Below, piece by piece: positions 58,701-64,000 of a stretch of DNA of 64,000 nt; the first letter of the stretch is position 1; each line of letters opens with the position of its first letter. Source of the stretch: an uncultured Acidobacteriota bacterium (GTDB lineage Bacteria > Acidobacteriota > Thermoanaerobaculia > UBA5066); the NCBI GenBank assembly GCA_963779415.1, contig CAVZYA010000002.1, positions 576,001 through 640,000 on the forward strand. Reading direction: 5' to 3'. The notes below the pieces were generated by a model. It had not been told where the DNA came from and ran no database searches. It saw only the letters and a list, made by a program, of their open reading frames with translations. The position numbers were made by a program, and so were the translations under genes.

Positions 58701-58793
58701 AAGTGCGGCTGCGAGAATCGCTCCCCTCGCGAAGCCGGCCGATCGGACGAATCGACTCAACGGTCGCCCGGAAGGCGAGTCGGTCATCATCAT
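55710..58793 (-). CDS. large secreted surface protein: PPD..VGP/RWGD domain, Ig/IPT-like domain, NGVLEPGE domain, three Cys-containing SLH-like repeats
   Basis: Signal peptide; FTDVP..FVETLLHNGVTSGCGGGNYC..VNRWQMAVFL-type unit occurs three times at the C-terminus. Confidence 0.85.
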   Translation of the reverse strand: MMMTDSPSGRPLSRFVRSAGFARGAILAAALAGIAQPASAAPPNGQQIQGISIPGLPAVSETTGEIMARQMRLGEVAPQMTLDLFPGRADTSLKKVDPDAMNRRQGPATGPQSPEIATGGELALPQTVGVTGDSPTAANPSAWPPDTMGAVGPTQFVVFENCNIVTYSKATGLPDGVLNTSPNNFFTSVRSSGTSDSHVRYDRLSQRWFLFIIDVKFPNNRVLLAVSNSATITPSTVWHFFYFQSGIGTHTNCLADYPVPGIDANGIYIGVNQFCGTSLETATYKGSDIFVVQKSSVLGSGPIHVTGFASTGYATFPWTPHGVDNADPAATEGWLLGNDNFSWSQLDLVRVSSPGSASPTLSSPVAIATANQGSPITQPHKGNTGGTNGNIDAIDNRPMIATYRAGSLWTAMPVGVTVSGGNCVGVASGTADRDAVYWWEIQGIPTGSTPSIRQAGIVCDVASLNPNFFSYGTIVPNGQGHAAAGFTIAGNNTYISGGTAGRLSGDTLGTLQSINVYAQANNAYNPSWDTGGSHGRRWGDFSFTSLDPCNDQSIWTIQEYVPVANQYGSRFAELKGPPPATPASASPSSVATGQSSVSVVVTGTSSSGSGFYDTPSSMSGEPCRLRIGAAVTGGVAVNSVTYTDATHVTLSLNTTGATTGAKNVSVTNPDGQTSTGTGILTITSTGVGVQPAGLVEDAHATGATISNVNGVLEPGETVLANPSWKNIGSSPLALTGTASAFTGPAGATYTLLDTAAGYGTIAPGATADSFSAGGPSYRLSVSNPVTRPATHWDATFLETLSTGGTKGWTLHIGMSFTDVPVADGAYRFVETLLHNGVTSGCGGGNYCSAGNVNRWQMAVFLATAMVGPTGSVPTSGTVPSVGSYDCTSGGHSLFGDVAPTDPGCKFIHYIYAQGITTGCGGGNYCPASNVNRWQMAVFLATAMAGSGAAVPVSGTVPSVGTYNCTSGGNSLFGDVPPTDPGCKFIHYIYAGGVTAGCGGGNYCPAGNVTRWQMAPFLVTAFHIPLLY
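55730..56350 (-). repeat. 234-bp (78-aa) tandem repeat encoding SLH-like units
   Basis: GCCATCTGCCA recurs at 55753, 55987 and 56221 (period 234). Confidence 0.85.
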
Positions 58794-58917
58794 GCGGCCG
58801 AGAATACTAGAGCGCGGTCCCGGCGCATCGGCGTCTCGGAAGGGCCCCATGCGCTATCCTTCGCCGGCATTCCAATAGAGATGGTGCGTTCCGGAGACGA
58901 GACGTGACAGAGGACCC

Positions 58918-59970
58918 ATGAAACGAAAGCGCGGATGGTCGTCTTTCTCTTTCCATATCGCTCTCCCGTCGCTGCTCGCGGTGGTGGTGGCCGGCCCGAC
59001 CGCAGCCCGGGCGCAGGCGCCTCCGGCCTCCGCACCTGCCGGCGGCTCGTCGGTGGCGGGATCTCCGGACCGTGACGCCGAGCTGGGTCGCCGTCTCGAT
59101 TCCCTCCTCGCTACGGCCGATCCGGGGGTGACCTGGTCGATCTCCGTCGAGGCGGTCGACGAGAAGGACCGCCTTCTCCACCGGGTCCTGCTCTGGGCAG
59201 GCGGAATCGGGATCTGGGACGGCGAAAGCCAGTTCCGCCTGGAGCCTCCCGCACAGAACGAGATCTTCAAGGCCTTTCGCGACCAGGGCTTCTGCCGGAT
59301 GAACGACGATCTCTACAAGCCGGGATCCGGCCGGAGGCGACCGAACGGCCCGATCCAGGAACAGGCCATCACGCTCGAGATCGGAGGGGTGACGAAGACC
59401 GTCAGCCACACGGTCCCCAAGGACGGGAGATATCCCGACGTCGAGGAGGCCGCGCGGCCGCTCCTCGCAATCGTGAAGGTCGTCCGGACGGTCTGCAAGG
59501 GGCCGGCGGAGAAGGGGATCCGCGCGACCGATCTCGCCGACGGCCTCTCGAAGGTGGCCGGGCAGCAGCTTGCGGACGTCGCGTTCAAGCTCTTCGTGAA
59601 CCAGCCGGGAGAGGCGGGGGGAAGCGGATGGCTGGCGCGGGTCGACGGGAAGCGCGTCACGACCCAGGTGTCGACGAAGGGAAAGGGGTGGGCGCCTCCC
59701 GTGGAGATTCACTTGTCGACCGATGAATTCCTGGAATTCGTCCGGACGGTGTCGGCCGCGACGCCCGGCGCTTTCCCGAAGAACCTCTATGACGAGGGCT
59801 ACACGGACCTTACGCTCTCCGTCCTGAACCGCACCGTCAACGTCCAGGCCCGTCCCTTCTCCGGGATGGACCCGAAGGCGCACGAGGAGGCCCGCAAGGC
59901 CTTCCGGAGCGTGGTGGCAGCGGCCCGGAAGCTGCATGAGAAAGCTCTTCTCGAGGGTAAGAGACCCTAA
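58918..59970 (+). CDS. exported hypothetical protein with an apparent two-domain internal duplication
   Basis: Signal peptide ...TAARA-Q; protein-like composition; GAGGA SD. Confidence 0.7.
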   Translation: MKRKRGWSSFSFHIALPSLLAVVVAGPTAARAQAPPASAPAGGSSVAGSPDRDAELGRRLDSLLATADPGVTWSISVEAVDEKDRLLHRVLLWAGGIGIWDGESQFRLEPPAQNEIFKAFRDQGFCRMNDDLYKPGSGRRRPNGPIQEQAITLEIGGVTKTVSHTVPKDGRYPDVEEAARPLLAIVKVVRTVCKGPAEKGIRATDLADGLSKVAGQQLADVAFKLFVNQPGEAGGSGWLARVDGKRVTTQVSTKGKGWAPPVEIHLSTDEFLEFVRTVSAATPGAFPKNLYDEGYTDLTLSVLNRTVNVQARPFSGMDPKAHEEARKAFRSVVAAARKLHEKALLEGKRP

Positions 59971-60104
59971 GCCCTTGAGACCCAGGCCCACCGACCGGAG
60001 GCGCGAAAGCTCTTCGCACGGGCACCCTGTCGGGCAGCAGGTTCGCGAGTGAACGTCTTTCCCGGAAAACCCTGATGCATTTGCAGGGAAGACGATGAGA
60101 TGAC

Positions 60105-60133
60105 TTGACTCGGTCCCCCTGCTGACATAGGTT
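60105..60133 (+). promoter_or_regulatory. sigma70-type promoter
   Basis: TTGACT-N17-TAGGTT about 290 nt upstream of the next gene. Confidence 0.65.
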
Positions 60134-60424
60134 TCGTCTCAGCTTAGGTCTCGTAATGGTCCAGTGACTCTTGAGGAGTGATTTTTCTGAAGAGAGTCTG
60201 GAGTCCTCGCGGATGGCGGAAGTGTCTCGTTGCTGGAGTGCCGTCCGACTTTCTGTCCCTCGCCCTCCCTCCTCCCCCCTCTCTTGGAATCCGACTTGAA
60301 ATCCCGTTCCCCGAAGCGGGGGAACGGAAAGATCCAGTCCTCGCTGTAGTGACATCCACGTCATGTCAGTAACTTTTTTCTTCGTTCGTTTCACTTTCTG
60401 GGCATCCCAGATTGGAAGGAGCAG

Positions 60425-63400
60425 GTGAACATGAGTCTGTCGAGAGCTTCGATGTTCCTTACTGCCCTCGCGGTGGCCGCGGGACTGGCCGCGCCGCCCG
60501 AGGCTCGAGCGGCCGCGCCGATAAAGCATCCGGCCCAGGTGATCTCCCCCGTCAAGGTGGACGTCTCTCCTCCGCTCAGAACCATTACACCCCTCACGGC
60601 GGTTCCGGAAGGGAAGAAGGCGCCCGAGAACCCGCCGATTCCAAAGCCGGGGCGTGCCCTCGGGAAGGGCAGCACCGCCCCCGACGCGGCGCTTCAAATG
60701 AAGCCCGGCCCGACGAACATGCCGGCCCCCATCCTGGACTTTGAGGGCGCCAACAACGTTTTCGGCGTCCTCCCGCCCGATACGACCGGCGATGTCGGCC
60801 CCAACCATTACATCCAGTGGGTGAACCTCGGCTTCGCCATCTACGACAAGACAACGGGCGCGAAGATCTACCCGTTGAGCGGCTTTGCCCTTGGCAACAC
60901 GCTCTGGGCCGGCTTCGGCGGAGCGTGCGAGACCAGCAACGACGGGGACATCCAGGTGAACTATGACAACCTGGCGGACCGCTGGGTCATGTCGCAGTTC
61001 GCATTTCCCAATTACCCCTCGGGACCCTTCCACCAGTGCTTTGCGGTTTCCACCTCTCCGGACCCGACCGGGAGCTGGTATCGCTACGACTACATCACCA
61101 GCGCGACGAAGCTGAACGACTACCCGAAGATCGGCGTCTGGCCCGACGGGTACTACATGACCGTCAACCAGTTCGACATGCCGGCCGGCTCATTCGCCGG
61201 CCTCGGCGCCTTTGTTTTCGAGCGTGACAAGATGATCGCCGGCACTCCGGCGCTCGGGATCTACTTCGACACCGGCGCCGTGACGCTGAACTACGGCGGC
61301 GACCTGCCGGCCGACCTCGACGGGCCTCCCCCGCCGGCCGGGACACCCGGCTACGTCATGGAGTGGGACCAGGCCGGTTGGATCGGAGACGCGAATGACA
61401 CGCTCCGAATCTGGGAGGTCAAGCCCGACTGGTCGAACCCGTCCAACTCCACCTTCGGGGCGAATGCGAACTACGACCCGAACTTCATGATCACGGACGC
61501 TGCCGGCACGGCGCCATGCATTGGCAACCGCAGGACTGCGTCCCGCAGCCCGGCACGGCGCAGGGGCTCGACGCGCATCGCCGACCGTCTCATGCAGCGG
61601 CTCCAGTACCGCAACATCGGAGGGGTCGGGAGGCTGACCTTCAACCACACGCTCGACGTGGGCAGTGGCCGCACGGGTGTTCGGTGGACTCAGCTCCAGA
61701 ACCCGGGCACCGGCTGGACGATGCTGGACGAGGGAACCTTCGGCGGCGACCCCGGTGACACCGACTAGCGCTGGATGGGCGCCGCGGCTCTCGACATCCA
61801 GGGGAACATGGCCGTCGGGTACAGCGTCTCGAGCAGCACGACCTACCCGTCGATCCGGTACAACGGGCGCCTGGCTGGCGACCCCGCCGGGACGCTCGGC
61901 ACCGAGGCGACCCTCATCGCCGGCGGCGGCTCCCAGCTCCACTCGGCCGACCGCTGGGGCGACTACAGCGCCATGACGGTCGACCCGGTGGACGAGTGCA
62001 CGTTCTGGTACACGCAGGAGTACTACCAGACCACGAGTTCCGCCACCTGGCAGACGCGGATCGGCTCCTTCAAGTTCCCCGGGTGCACCGCCGGGCCTTC
62101 CGGCACCATCGACGGGACCGTGAAGAGCACCGCGGGTGGCGGCCCGATCCCCGGGGCCCTCGTGCAGATCGGTCCGTCCTACTCGACGACCACGAACGGC
62201 GCGGGGTTCTTCACCGTGAACGTTCCCGTCGGAACTTACGACGTGACGGCCTCCAAGTTCGGATATACCCCGGCCACCGTCCCGGGCCAGGTCGTCACCG
62301 AAGGCAACACCACGCACGTCGGCGACATCCTGTTGACGCCGGTAGGCGCCTATCACGTCGACGGCTTCGTGACGGCGGCGGATCACAACTGGCCCCTCTG
62401 GGCGAAGATCGAGATCCGCGAGTCGGGGAATCTCGTCAACACCCTCTACACCTCTCCCTGGAACGGCTACTACGACGTGATCCTGCCCAACGGCTACACC
62501 TACCAGTTCACGGTGCTGCCGATGTACCAGGGCTACCAGAGCGAAGTGCGGCCGGTCATCGTGGCCTCGGGCGACCAGGTCCAGAACTTCACGCTCCTGG
62601 CGGCTTCCGGCAACCCGGCTTACAGCTGCTATCTCAACGGCGGCATCAACGAGAACTTCGACGGCGCTTTCCCGCCGCTCGGCTGGACCGTCATCAACAA
62701 CGGTTCGGTTCCCAACAACATCTGGAAGCGTAACGACCAGTGGGGCCGTTCGAACCTGACGGGCGGCACGGGCTTCGCGGCGGCTGCCGATTCCGATATG
62801 GCGGGCCCGGGCTCCGGACCCTTCGACACCGAGCTCTGGTCTCCGCCGATCATGATGCCGGCCACCCCGCGCAACCTGAAGTTCAAGAGCGCGTACACCA
62901 GTTACAGTGCCGAGACCGGCACCCTCGACGTCTCCACCAACGGGGGCGGGACCTGGACGAACCTCATCACCATCACGTCGTCTGCCGTGGCGGAACGGAC
63001 CGTCGACATGACGGCGTACGCCAACCAGATGATCGTCCTGCGCTGGAAATTCGTCTCGCCAAGTTGGGCGTACTACTGGCAGATCGACGACGTGCGGACC
63101 GAGACCATCCCGGTGCCGCCGCCGCCGCCGGCCGTAGTCTGGACCCAGAACTTCGACGGCGTGACCGCTCCGGCGATGCCGAGCCGGCTGGAGCGTCAGT
63201 ACTACCTTCGACGGTACCGCCGATCTGGACCAACAGCACGACGTCGAGTCGCCCGAGCGGCATCACGCCCCATTCCAGCCCCAACATGCTGATCTTCAAT
63301 TCGTGGTCAGCGTAGGTAGCGGCAGCGACGCGCTGGCTCTACAAGACCACCTCGGACGACGTCTCGAGCGGTACCGGGTACGTCGGTTTCTGGATGTACC

Positions 63401-64000
63401 ACGACACCGGGTACTCCGGCGCCGCCGACTATGTCCAGGTGGCCTACTCGACGAATGGCTCCAACTACTTCACAGTCGGACCCCAGATCACGCGGTACGA
63501 CGGGACGACGGGGTGGGTCCAGTACGAGGTCCCCCTGACGGGCGTCTCGAGTCCCAACCGTCTTGATCGTCCTCTATCGGATTCAGCTACTTCGGCAACG
63601 ACATTCACGTCGACGACGTGCAGCTTCTCAACGGCGCGGCGCCGTCGCCGCCCGTCGTCGACAACCCGAGCCTCCTCTGTGATGCGGTTCCGGGCTCCCT
63701 GGTCGCCGGCTTCGTGACCGACGCCAACACGGCGCTCGGCCTCGCGGGTGCGCAGGTCGCTCGCGACCTGGGCGGGGTGGCCATCACCATGCCGGCCTCG
63801 GAGGACCCGAACGTGGGCGCGGGCTTCTACTACATGTTCTCTTCGGCGGCCATGCCGACGGCGCCAAACGGCCCGTCGACCCGGACGTTCACGGCGAGCA
63901 AGACCGGCTACGGTTCTGTTCAGAAGTCCGTGAACCTCGTACCCAACACCGTCAACCGCCTCGACTTCGCCCTCCCGTCGGCCTCGCTCAGCTTCGCCGG
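60425..64000 (+). CDS. very large secreted multidomain protein (PPD..VGP/RWGD domain, carboxypeptidase-regulatory-like and adhesin-like domains); runs off the window; interrupted by several indels and an in-frame TAG
   Basis: AAGGAG SD, signal peptide; PPDTTGDVGP, NDYPKIG, RWGDYSAM; ORFs 60425..61768 and 61775..63292 share a frame; coding continues in shifting frames to ...NRLDFALPSASLSFA. Confidence 0.8.

Noticed and set aside
59985-60050. c-di-GMP riboswitch suggested by a GCGAAAGC tetraloop-like sequence
   Set aside because: Flanking conserved GEMM elements were not found by eye and it lies upstream of the predicted promoter; an Rfam scan would settle it
61766-61768. Pyrrolysine or amber recoding
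   Set aside because: TAG is used as a normal stop elsewhere (ftsX, folC, glyA), no pyl genes are in the window, and the surrounding sequence is indel-rich

Overview
High-GC bacterial chromosomal segment from a diderm (lpxC, OmpA and TonB domains are present). Gene content (DUF4388, kinase-TonB fusion, Cys-containing SLH proteins) suggests Acidobacteriota, possibly Thermoanaerobaculia-like; this is inference. Positions 1-39.8 kb are mostly housekeeping: class II aldolase, GlcD-like oxidase, M48 peptidase, gatB, ftsEX, OmpA, ruvC/yebC/mtaB, a pseudo-receiver-Ser/Thr kinase-TonB fusion, a Btu/Fec-like ABC importer, accD-folC-dgt-rpiB-glyA, nadE, formiminotransferase, lpxC-DUF4390-NtrY/NtrX-like genes, an HD-GYP protein and smpB. 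From smpB to the end lies a cell-surface region: glycosyltransferases, wzm/wzt/wecB, aminotransferase plus GNAT, decayed methyltransferases, a duplicated MacB/LolE-type ABC permease module, and large secreted proteins, one carrying three Cys-rich SLH-like repeats. Most notable signals: (i) an SLH protein beside a ManNAc/ABC-export glycan locus in a diderm; (ii) a switch-like SD/anti-SD leader at 47247-47330; (iii) a sigma54 promoter plus palindrome upstream of lpxC; (iv) recurrent TANNNT boxes 5-8 nt upstream of start codons (probable leaderless mRNAs), including a palindromic bidirectional one; (v) a receiver domain with Asp replaced by Ser on the kinase-TonB protein. Several single-base frameshifts, including one in glyA, look like sequencing errors. 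I recognised no tRNA, rRNA, tmRNA, CRISPR array, integrase or transposase.
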